Shown: positions 24,827 to 32,583 of the stretch, in pieces
Numbering within the stretch: the first letter of the stretch is position 1
Layout of the letters: the number at the start of each line of letters is the position of its first letter
DNA from: an uncultured Bacilli bacterium
GTDB lineage: Bacteria > Bacillota_I > Bacilli_A > RF39 > UBA660
Assembly (NCBI GenBank): GCA_947625395.1
Contig: CANQOD010000001.1
Location: forward strand, 1 to 39,009
Reading direction: 5' to 3'
DNA: 39,009 nt
Notes under the pieces: generated by a model
The model's input: the letters and a program-made list of their open reading frames with translations, nothing else
Databases searched by the model: none
What the model was told of the DNA's origin: nothing
Translations under genes and position numbers: made by a program

Positions 24827-26527
24827 ATGAAAAAACAAAATGGACGACAAAAAATAGAAATTTTAAAATATTCAGGACTTTTCTTACTCTTGGTGTTGAG
24901 TGTGGCGCTTTTGCTTTCATCCTGTCTTTTTTATGCCCACATCTCTCTTACAAAAGCGCATATTTTAAGTAGTTTCTTCTTAAGTGGAATCCTCTTTTTT
25001 CTGTTTTTCAAAAAAGAAAAGAAAAGGAAAGACCTCTTTTGGAAGAGTGTGGGACTTGGCGTGCTTGTTTTTGCCATTTCTCTTTTGTCGATGAGTTTTA
25101 TTTATGACCGCTCCAGTGATGGAAATACGTACCATAAAGATGCGATAGGAAATCTCTATTTGGGTTGGAATCCTGTTTATGAAAGCAGTGAAAGCTTTGT
25201 TGCCAAGCATTTACAAACAGAAAAGATAGATATGGACCAATATGATATATGGAAAGACCACTATGCGAAAGCCAACTGGATTTTAGAAGCAAATCTCTAT
25301 CAGTTGACAGACCATATTGAATCAGGAAAAGCAGTCAATGTGATTTTGATGTATATTTTATTTGCTCTGACAGTTGCTTATTTTTATTCGATATTAGGGG
25401 TAAAAGCATTTTTACTGGCCCTGGTAGTCACTTTCAATCCGATTGCTTGTAACCAAGTCTTTACATTCTATAATGACCAATTAGGTGCTTCTTTGTTCTT
25501 TATTTTACTCCTTGCACTCCTCCAAATTGTTGCGCATCAAGAGAAGACGTCCACCTTGGAAAAATATGGCACTTTATTTCTTGTCTTTCCCATCATTTTG
25601 AATATCAAGTTTAATATCATGGGATATGCGATGATTTTCACTTGCTTTTTAATGCTCTATTATTTATTTGTCCAATATCAAGAAAAACGCTTCTTTCAAA
25701 CGTTCAAGAAACTCGTCCTTTATTATCTTGTCTTATTTGTGATGAGTTTTGGTGTAATTGGTTATCCTACTTATATCAAGAATTTTATCGACCATCAAAA
25801 CTTCTTTTATCCCATTTATGGAGAGGGAAAAGAAGATATTATTACGGCGCAGCAACCGAAAGATTTTGGCAAGAAAAATACACTTCAAAAATTTTTGATT
25901 GCGACATTTGCTAAGACCAATAACTTACAAACACAAAAAAATTATACGCTTAAAATTCCTTTTACAGTTTCTTTAGAGGAATGGAAAGAATCCATGAGTG
26001 TGGATACAAGGCTAAGTGGATATGGTGTCTTCTTTAGTGGCTTATTCTTGGTATCGATTGTCATTCTTGCCCTATACTTTTTTCGGTCGAAGCAAAGGCA
26101 AGAAAAAAGAATCCTCCTTTTACTATCAGCACTTACCATTGGCATTATCCTCCTCATTCAAGAGAGCTGGTGGGCAAGATACAATCCAACGACGTATCTG
26201 TTTTTACTCGCCGCCTTTTATCTTGTTTTAAGATATGGAAAAAACAAATGCTTCAAGGGGCTTTTTACCTTGTTGATTGCTTGTAATGCAGGGGTAATTT
26301 TCTTAGGCAATGCTTATTACAGTCTTTCTCAAAGTATCCAAATTCAAAAGACATTCCAGGCGTTACAAGGAAAAGAAGTGCTTCTTTCCACTTCGCAACC
26401 GCCTGTGGCTGGCATTCTCTATAATTTAAAAGATGCGAAGATTCACTATCAATTTACGAAACAACCACCCACCCAAGAAACATATTATCATTATTTACAT
26501 TACGAGGTGAAAGATGAAAACAAGTAA
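24827..26527 (+). CDS. Polytopic membrane protein, candidate GT-C-type glycosyltransferase partner of the GtrB-like enzyme
   Basis: 566 aa counted from the ATG at 24827, preceded by SD TAGGAGGG at 24816-24823. It has more than 10 TM helices and sits immediately downstream of the GtrB-like gene. The functional assignment is positional only. Confidence 0.6.
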   Translation: MKKQNGRQKIEILKYSGLFLLLVLSVALLLSSCLFYAHISLTKAHILSSFFLSGILFFLFFKKEKKRKDLFWKSVGLGVLVFAISLLSMSFIYDRSSDGNTYHKDAIGNLYLGWNPVYESSESFVAKHLQTEKIDMDQYDIWKDHYAKANWILEANLYQLTDHIESGKAVNVILMYILFALTVAYFYSILGVKAFLLALVVTFNPIACNQVFTFYNDQLGASLFFILLLALLQIVAHQEKTSTLEKYGTLFLVFPIILNIKFNIMGYAMIFTCFLMLYYLFVQYQEKRFFQTFKKLVLYYLVLFVMSFGVIGYPTYIKNFIDHQNFFYPIYGEGKEDIITAQQPKDFGKKNTLQKFLIATFAKTNNLQTQKNYTLKIPFTVSLEEWKESMSVDTRLSGYGVFFSGLFLVSIVILALYFFRSKQRQEKRILLLLSALTIGIILLIQESWWARYNPTTYLFLLAAFYLVLRYGKNKCFKGLFTLLIACNAGVIFLGNAYYSLSQSIQIQKTFQALQGKEVLLSTSQPPVAGILYNLKDAKIHYQFTKQPPTQETYYHYLHYEVKDENK

Positions 26528-27674
26528 ACGCGATGAAATCATTCTCATTCTTTATTTTCTTCTGCAACCCCTCTTAGATGTTTGTGCTTGCTTACTGCCG
26601 ACTTATTCGATTCATTTAGTCGTAAGAGGATTGTTTGCGCTATGGCTTATCATGAAAATATGGCAACTGCCCGAAAGACGTCTGCTTCTCGTTTTGCTTC
26701 TTCTTATTTGTGGTGGTTATGTGGGCTATCAAACATTCTTTTTAAAAGATGCGCTTATGGAAAGCGTCAGTGCTGTCTTTAAATGGGGTTACCTCTTGTT
26801 AGTGCTTCTTTACTTTTCCCAATTGAAGATGGATACGCTTACTCGATGGTTAAAAGTTGTTTTCTTTGAATATGTTGGCCTTTATTTATGTTCCTATCTG
26901 TTTCATTTTGGCTTTAATATTTATTTAAAAACAGATGGAAAAGAGGGATTTAGAGGTGTTTTCCAATCCATCAATGAATTGAGTGCCATTTTAGTGATTT
27001 TGTATTACTATCTTCTTCTTTCTTGGCGAAAAAAACCTCTTTTCATGGCCGTTGTTTCACTCCTCATGATTGCTGTATGTCTTCTTTCAGGAACCAAAGT
27101 GTTGTTTGGCTTTACGCTTTTGATTTTCTTTGGTGTTTTAGGAAGTTTGCTTCGCGAAAAATGGTCCCACTGGACCAAGCAAAAAAAGGGAGGACTGCTA
27201 CTTGCAATGGCTTTCGTAATGGTTGCTTGTATCCTTTTATTTTTTCAATCGAATGTTTATCATAATATGGTTGTTCAACAAGATTTTTTTCAAGTGAAAC
27301 ATCTTTTTTCCTTGGACTTCATCAATCGCGTTTTATTTAATAATCGCTTCACGTTTTTCTTTCGAAATATGACCTATATGAAAAGGCAATCTATTCTTTG
27401 TTGGCTTTTTGGTATTGGTGCTTCGAATCCTTTAAAATGGATTGAAATCGATTTCTTTGACCTTTTCATTCGCTTTGGTGCTTTTGGCCTTTTGTGGACT
27501 TGCTTTTTGTTTTTCTTCTTCATGAAACAAAGTCGGTTCAACAAGCTACAAATGCTTGCTTTCCTGATTTTAGGAATCATTAGTTTCACGAGTGGACACG
27601 TTTTATTATCTCCTGCAGTTTCCCTTTATTTCGGTGTGGTGTTTGCCTGTACGGACCCTAGAAGTCCTTTTTAA
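26514..27674 (+). CDS. O-antigen ligase / polymerase-like (Wzy_C-type) polytopic membrane protein
   Basis: 386 aa with about 10-12 TM helices. A segment IEIDFFDLFIRFGAFGLLW lies before the last helices and resembles the H/N-x-x-L-x-x-L-x-E-x-G-x-x-G region of O-antigen ligase-family proteins, though degenerate. It overlaps the upstream gene by 14 nt. Confidence 0.5.
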   Translation: MKTSKRDEIILILYFLLQPLLDVCACLLPTYSIHLVVRGLFALWLIMKIWQLPERRLLLVLLLLICGGYVGYQTFFLKDALMESVSAVFKWGYLLLVLLYFSQLKMDTLTRWLKVVFFEYVGLYLCSYLFHFGFNIYLKTDGKEGFRGVFQSINELSAILVILYYYLLLSWRKKPLFMAVVSLLMIAVCLLSGTKVLFGFTLLIFFGVLGSLLREKWSHWTKQKKGGLLLAMAFVMVACILLFFQSNVYHNMVVQQDFFQVKHLFSLDFINRVLFNNRFTFFFRNMTYMKRQSILCWLFGIGASNPLKWIEIDFFDLFIRFGAFGLLWTCFLFFFFMKQSRFNKLQMLAFLILGIISFTSGHVLLSPAVSLYFGVVFACTDPRSPF

Positions 27675-27772
27675 TTCTTGCATTGTCCTTTTAAAATGTG
27701 CACTTGTCTATTGGGAGAAAAATTTCTAAAATGCAATTCATTCGTTAATATTACTACAATCCAGATACTTTT

Positions 27773-28759
27773 TTATTTTGCTTTTGGCTTCTGCTTTTCA
27801 AAATATCTATTTATTTTTTCAAGTTCCATGATTCCGATTTTACTAGATAAAAGTTCTTCCGGGTACAAACGCCAATCACCATATTGTTCGAATATGAGCG
27901 TACACATTTTATCAGTGAGTTCCTGCTTCTTATTTTCTTCTATATTCCAAGAAAAAATTTCAGTGACTCTATATAGTGAATACGCGATTTGAATCCATCT
28001 TATATAATATTCATATTGTTCATATTTATGGGCTTCTTTTAGCTCTTTTTTTAAAAAATCATTTACTGCAAAAATATCGAATAAATGTGCATTAAATTGA
28101 TTATTTTGAGAGGAAACACCCTCATTTGTTCTACGACGATAAAAATAATCAGCATCATTTAATCTTAAGATTCTACTGGCTTTAAACAGCTTCGCATAAG
28201 TAAAAGCAACATCTTCCCACATTTTATCTTCAATAAAAGGACTGTTTTTCACCATATCACTTCTAAATAATTTATTACAAACGGATGGGGATTCATCTAA
28301 GAGGGCACTAGGATTATCAGCAACCTGAATAATACAACCATTCGTTTGTGCTATACCTTTAAAATTGTTTACTAAGTAGTCATTATTTTTAACAAAAACT
28401 AAGCCCGTTGTGACAACCTCAGGATTGTCATTCTTTTTTGCCATCTCATACATTTTCGCATACATATTAAAATTCACATAATCATCACTATCTAAAAAGC
28501 CAATATATTCACCATTAGCTAACTCAATGCCTTTATTCCTCGTAGCACCTTGTCCTAAATTGTTAGGATTCGAATAAACTTTTAGTTTATCAGGATATTT
28601 TGTCTCATAAGCTTTTAATATGGCCAAACTATTATCACTAGAAGCATCATTAATCGCAATGATTTCTATTTCTTTTAATGTTTGATGCACTAAAGAATCT
28701 AAGCAATCCTTTAAATATTTTTCTGAGTTATATACAGGAACAATAATACTTACTTTCAT
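27773..28759 (-). CDS. Family 2 glycosyltransferase
   Basis: 328 aa. Motifs are VSIIVPVYNSEKYLKDCLDSLVHQTLKEIEIIAINDASSDNS and GFLDSDDY (DxD). An AGGAG SD lies upstream on the minus strand. Confidence 0.9.
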   Translation of the reverse strand: MKVSIIVPVYNSEKYLKDCLDSLVHQTLKEIEIIAINDASSDNSLAILKAYETKYPDKLKVYSNPNNLGQGATRNKGIELANGEYIGFLDSDDYVNFNMYAKMYEMAKKNDNPEVVTTGLVFVKNNDYLVNNFKGIAQTNGCIIQVADNPSALLDESPSVCNKLFRSDMVKNSPFIEDKMWEDVAFTYAKLFKASRILRLNDADYFYRRRTNEGVSSQNNQFNAHLFDIFAVNDFLKKELKEAHKYEQYEYYIRWIQIAYSLYRVTEIFSWNIEENKKQELTDKMCTLIFEQYGDWRLYPEELLSSKIGIMELEKINRYFEKQKPKAK

Positions 28760-28824
28760 CTTTCTTCCAATTTCTCCTCGATAAAAAGAAAACTTTTCCT
28801 CTTTTTTTAAATGATTCTTAAATC

Positions 28825-28853
28825 ATTATAGCATGAAGAAAGATGCTTGTATA
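28825..28853 (-). promoter_or_regulatory. Candidate promoter for the reverse-strand GT2 gene
   Basis: Read on the minus strand: -35 TATACA (28848-28853), 17-nt spacer, extended -10 TGcTATAAT (28825-28833). A 7-bp inverted repeat AATGATT/AATCATT (28812-28829) overlaps the -10 and start region. Confidence 0.45.
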
Positions 28854-28967
28854 GGAGCACTCTTAAACGCTTGTATCACTTCGTAAAAAAAGTGCTTTTC
28901 TTTTTAAGTTTCACTGATAATTGATATATCTGTCATTAGAAGAGGGGAAAAACTTATCGAAAGAAGT

Positions 28968-28997
28968 AAAAAAAGTAAACACCTCGTTTGTGTCTAC
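28968..28997 (-). terminator. Probable Rho-independent terminator for the GspE/PilB-like gene
   Basis: The minus-strand RNA reads GUAGACAC-aaacgag-GUGUUUAC, an 8-bp stem that includes one G-U pair, followed by U7 (plus-strand A-run 28968-28974). The plus-strand version has an A-C mismatch, so the hairpin is better on the minus strand. Confidence 0.55.
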
Positions 28998-29115
28998 TTT
29001 TTTGTTTTCCTTTGGAACTTGATAATTCTATCGTTTGATAACCTTATTCTATAATCTTATCATTTTATAGCTTTATCACTTTGTCATTTTAGAAAATAGA
29101 GAAGAAAATGCATTT

Positions 29116-30507
29116 TTATTTTTCCGGAACGGTGCCAGGATAGGGCCGAGGGGATGAAACTACAAATGAATCAAGAGAGGGAATCGTAATTTGAGGTGGT
29201 TCTACATCCGTTGTTTTCTTTTGTTTTTCCTTTTTCTTGCTCGTCTTTACAATTGCATCTGTCGTTTCATCATGTAAATTTTTCCGGTCAATTTCTTCTT
29301 CAAACATTTCATCTAAGTCATCATCAATATCAATAATACGATAGACTTCATCGAAAGAAGTCGTTCCCTCTAAGACTTTGCCTAAAGCATCTTGAAGCAT
29401 CGTAATAACATCAGAATTGTATACCATTCTACGAATATCTTCACGCTCTAACTTCTCATTATTTAAAGCATCCCGAATCGTATCATTGATAACTAAAACT
29501 TCTTGAATTGCAATTCGTCCTCGATATCCATTGTTACATTGTTCACAACCGCCCTCTTTCGCCGCATAAATTTCATCAACATCTTGATTCATGGCGAGTT
29601 TAAATACTTTCTTTTGATAAGCATCCGTCTTTACTTTTTGACGACAGTGAGGACAAAGCATTTTCGCTAGTCTTTGAGAAATAATACCCGTTAAAGCCGT
29701 TGATAATAAGTAACGTTCTACATTCATATCCAAAAGACGCTCAATGGTACTTAAAGAGTTGTTGGTGTGGATGGTTGATAGGACAAGGTGTCCAGTAATG
29801 GAAGCACGAACGGCAATTTTCGCTGTTTCACTATCACGAATTTCTCCAATAAGAATAATGTTCGGGTCTTGACGTAAAATGGAACGGAGTACTGTCGCGA
29901 AATCGAGGCCAATTTCACTGTTGACTTGGACCTGATTGAGTCCCTCCAAATTCATTTCGATAGGGTCCTCGACTGTAATGATATTGGTTTCAGGCCGATT
30001 CAATTTTTGTAGAATCGAGTATACTGTTGTACTTTTACCGGAACCAGTAGCTCCAGTAATTAAGATAATACCATTGGGTACTGAAATCATTCGCTGTAAT
30101 TTTTCAAAGTTGGCTTTATTAAATCCTAAGGCTTCAAGGCCGGATAAACTTCTCGTATAATCGAGAATACGAATTACGCATTTTTCACCCTCGTTGGTTG
30201 GAAGCGTTGATACACGCATATCAAGGGCAAGTCCACCAATGACACCTTTAATGGCGCCATCTTGAGGCAGACGGTTCTCAGTAATATTCATATTGGAAAG
30301 GAGTTTAATACGGGTAATTAAATTCCGTTCATACACTTTAGGAATTCGTGTATAATCTCGTAAATCTCCATCAACACGAATCCGCACAAGTAGGTCACTT
30401 TCTCTTGGGTCAAAGTGAATATCAGAAGCACCACTCTTTGCTGCTTGAACGATAATATCATCGACAACTTTAATGACAGGAACTTTCGTAAAATCGTAAG
30501 CAACCAT
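29116..30507 (-). CDS. Type II secretion / type IV pilus assembly ATPase (GspE/PilB/ComGA family) with an unusual charged/Pro-rich C-terminal tail
   Basis: 463 aa with SD AGGAGG. Walker A is GATGSGKST, followed by an Asp box/Walker B region and His box LVLSTIHTN. A tetracysteine motif CPHC...CEQC is present. The tail runs ...KKKEKQKKTTDVEPPQITIPSLDSFVVSSPRPYPGTVPEK. Confidence 0.9.
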   Translation of the reverse strand: MVAYDFTKVPVIKVVDDIIVQAAKSGASDIHFDPRESDLLVRIRVDGDLRDYTRIPKVYERNLITRIKLLSNMNITENRLPQDGAIKGVIGGLALDMRVSTLPTNEGEKCVIRILDYTRSLSGLEALGFNKANFEKLQRMISVPNGIILITGATGSGKSTTVYSILQKLNRPETNIITVEDPIEMNLEGLNQVQVNSEIGLDFATVLRSILRQDPNIILIGEIRDSETAKIAVRASITGHLVLSTIHTNNSLSTIERLLDMNVERYLLSTALTGIISQRLAKMLCPHCRQKVKTDAYQKKVFKLAMNQDVDEIYAAKEGGCEQCNNGYRGRIAIQEVLVINDTIRDALNNEKLEREDIRRMVYNSDVITMLQDALGKVLEGTTSFDEVYRIIDIDDDLDEMFEEEIDRKNLHDETTDAIVKTSKKKEKQKKTTDVEPPQITIPSLDSFVVSSPRPYPGTVPEK

Positions 30508-30589
30508 AAAAGAGCCTCCTTTTTATTCTAGTATTTTATCTTAAACTATTATATAATATTTCTAGAAGATAGACAAGAGGTGAAGTGAA

Positions 30590-31093
30590 ATGAATTTAAA
30601 GAAACAAGGCTTTGTTCTTGTAGAAACATTGATTGTAAGTGTTTTTATGATGACCCTTTTATCGCTTCTTTATGCAAACATTGCACCGATTGTTGCTGAA
30701 TATAATCGTCGTAAGAATTATGATGATGTGACCACAAAATACGTAGCCCATTGGGCAAGAAAAATGATTTTAGACAAAGGACAAGCGGAAGTTTATACCT
30801 TTACCAATGGCTATTTAGATGTTACAGATTGCGATTATTATAGAGATGTCAACTTTTGTAATCAATTCAAAACAGTGAACCATATTCAAAAGATTTATTT
30901 GGCCGATTATGACTTAAAAGCATTCAAAGATTATGTCCAAACAAGTGACCGTTTTTCAAGAGGACTGATAGATTACCTCAATACTCTCCCTGAATATGAA
31001 ACGCAAGCAGGCGTCTATCGAGTGATTGTGGAAACACGCGATATTCATATTTCGGAAGAATCTAATTTTGGAACGATTGAGGTGAGAAGATGA
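30590..31093 (+). CDS. Prepilin-type (type IV pilin / pseudopilin-like) protein
   Basis: It has a class III signal peptide, MNLKKQG|FVLVETLIV, with G at -1, F at +1 and E at +5, followed by a hydrophobic helix. SD AGAGGTGA is present. Confidence 0.8.
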   Translation: MNLKKQGFVLVETLIVSVFMMTLLSLLYANIAPIVAEYNRRKNYDDVTTKYVAHWARKMILDKGQAEVYTFTNGYLDVTDCDYYRDVNFCNQFKTVNHIQKIYLADYDLKAFKDYVQTSDRFSRGLIDYLNTLPEYETQAGVYRVIVETRDIHISEESNFGTIEVRR

Positions 31094-31596
31094 AAAATCA
31101 AAAAGGATTTACATCCATTGAACTATTGGTTTCTTTTATCATTGTTTCTGCCATTGTCGTGGGGCTTTTTGATGTCATTTTAAATTATCGAAATACCCAG
31201 CAAATCGCATCTTATGAAATGACACTACAATCCTATATCAATGAGATGACCAAAATGATTCAGGATGATTTAGTGAAACGAAAAATCACGGCGGCAACGG
31301 TGACAGGAAAACAAGCCACTTTGACTTTTGATAAAGCAACAAGCGAAAACAGTAAGACAAGTACATTAGAAATTTATCAATCAGATGCCGCCTGTAATAC
31401 GGACTGTCATATCCAGTATGGACCAGTGGGCAATACAATCCGATATCCGATTCCGAATATTGCTGATTTGACCATTCAAAGCGCAAGTATTTCCATTCAA
31501 AATCAGTTTTTGGTCGTGCAAATTCTGTTTGACCATCCGAATTTTAAAGGAAAAAAACAAATCTATATCACCGCACCTATTAACTATACGGCATAA
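31090..31596 (+). CDS. Prepilin-type (type IV pilin / pseudopilin-like) protein
   Basis: It has a class III signal peptide, MKNQKG|FTSIELLVSFIIV, with G at -1, F at +1 and E at +5. It is ATGA-coupled to the upstream pilin-like gene. Confidence 0.8.
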   Translation: MKNQKGFTSIELLVSFIIVSAIVVGLFDVILNYRNTQQIASYEMTLQSYINEMTKMIQDDLVKRKITAATVTGKQATLTFDKATSENSKTSTLEIYQSDAACNTDCHIQYGPVGNTIRYPIPNIADLTIQSASISIQNQFLVVQILFDHPNFKGKKQIYITAPINYTA

Positions 31597-32528
31597 AAAA
31601 GAAGAAAGAGGACGAGGGCAAGACAAGAGGCAAGAATTCGTCCTTTTAAAAAGGCTCTATATGAAAGTGGTTGGTCTTTTAAAACATTTAAAACTTGTAA
31701 GTGCACGGAACAACCGCCAAAGCTAAGGAAAAGTGTGGCTAAGAAACCTTTAAGAAAAAGGGAGATGCTTTCTGTTTCCAGTAAGGCAATACCACTAGTC
31801 ATATCCAATAGGCCAGTGACGAGTATTTTTAAAAAAGAAGTCGTAGCGAATGCTTGTAAAAAGTGGGCTAGTAACATAAAAAAAGTAATGGAGCCTAGCA
31901 TAAAAAGCATCGTTTGCATGGTGCTTTGTAAAATATCTAAAACGGTCAAGTAGTTTGTTGAAAATTGGGCAACTTGCGTATCAAAAATCGTCTTGAATGC
32001 TGTTTTTTTCTGTTTTGTCTTAGAAGCAGTGCCTCTTGTTAAGAACAACAAAAGAAAATTCGCAGCAAAATGGGCCCCAAAAAGACAGAAAGTTACTTTT
32101 GGTTGGCCAAGAACCAATAAAACAGTGCCTAAAATAAAAAGAGGATTGGAAAAATGGCATACCATCAGTAAACGATTTGCTTCCTCAAGGGTGATATCTT
32201 GCTTTTGAAAAAGACGAACCGTATATTTAGGACCACTAGGAAAGCCTGAAATCATACTCATGAGAAGCACAAAAGAAGCTTGTCCTCGTAAATGAAAAAG
32301 GAAAGCAAAAGGGGTATCTAGCAAGTAGGATAAATAGGAGGGGACTCCGAGTAGAATCAACGTTTCTCCAAGAACGAGAAAGGGAAAAAGAGAGGGGAAA
32401 AGTTTCTCCCTCCACAGTGCTAAAGCTTCTTGTGCAATGTGTATGGTTGCATTGGTATTCCCAAAAATTTGTAAGAGGACAAAAAGAAGCAAGCATAAAA
32501 TTGTCAAATAAAGTAGTTTCTTTTTCAT
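31584..32528 (-). CDS. ylbJ: YlbJ-like integral membrane protein (nucleoside-recognition / Gate domain family)
   Basis: 314 aa. Motifs match my recollection of the YlbJ family: LWREKLFPSLFPFLVLGE and SGFPSGPKYTVRLFQKQDITLEEANRLLMVCHFSNPLFILG. Its neighbour is a ylbL-like gene, as in Bacillus. Confidence 0.65.
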   Translation of the reverse strand: MKKKLLYLTILCLLLFVLLQIFGNTNATIHIAQEALALWREKLFPSLFPFLVLGETLILLGVPSYLSYLLDTPFAFLFHLRGQASFVLLMSMISGFPSGPKYTVRLFQKQDITLEEANRLLMVCHFSNPLFILGTVLLVLGQPKVTFCLFGAHFAANFLLLFLTRGTASKTKQKKTAFKTIFDTQVAQFSTNYLTVLDILQSTMQTMLFMLGSITFFMLLAHFLQAFATTSFLKILVTGLLDMTSGIALLETESISLFLKGFLATLFLSFGGCSVHLQVLNVLKDQPLSYRAFLKGRILASCLALVLFLLFYAV

Positions 32529-32552
32529 CTATACAGTTCCTTTTGTTATAAT
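32524..32552 (+). promoter_or_regulatory. Candidate promoter for the ylbL-like gene
   Basis: Extended -10 TGtTATAAT (32544-32552) with a weak -35 TTCATC (32524-32529) at 17-nt spacing. Confidence 0.45.
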
Positions 32553-32583
32553 AGAATAGAAAAAAGAAAGAAGGTCGTTATGT

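Noticed and set aside
27678-27992. 104-aa plus-strand ORF in the gap after the ligase-like gene
   Set aside because: It lies mostly antisense to the well-supported minus-strand GT2 gene (27773-28759). It has no SD and a low-complexity hydrophobic translation, so it is a shadow ORF.
29004-29115. AT-rich repeats (TTGATAA x2; TTATCATTTTA / TTTATCACTTT / TTGTCATTTTA) downstream of the ATPase gene
   Set aside because: They are short, degenerate motifs in AT-rich DNA, with no consistent spacing or flanking promoter geometry. I cannot distinguish them from background.
30552-30557. TATAAT in the ATPase/pilin intergenic region, as the pilin promoter
   Set aside because: There is no acceptable -35 or TGn element at the correct spacing. 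A lone TATAAT in AT-rich DNA is not sufficient.
29116-31596. Calling the ATPase and pilin genes comGA/comGC
   Set aside because: The gene order is divergent, no ComGB-like platform gene is present, and both pilin-like products (~167 aa) are longer than typical ComGC. The family-level call is kept without com gene symbols.
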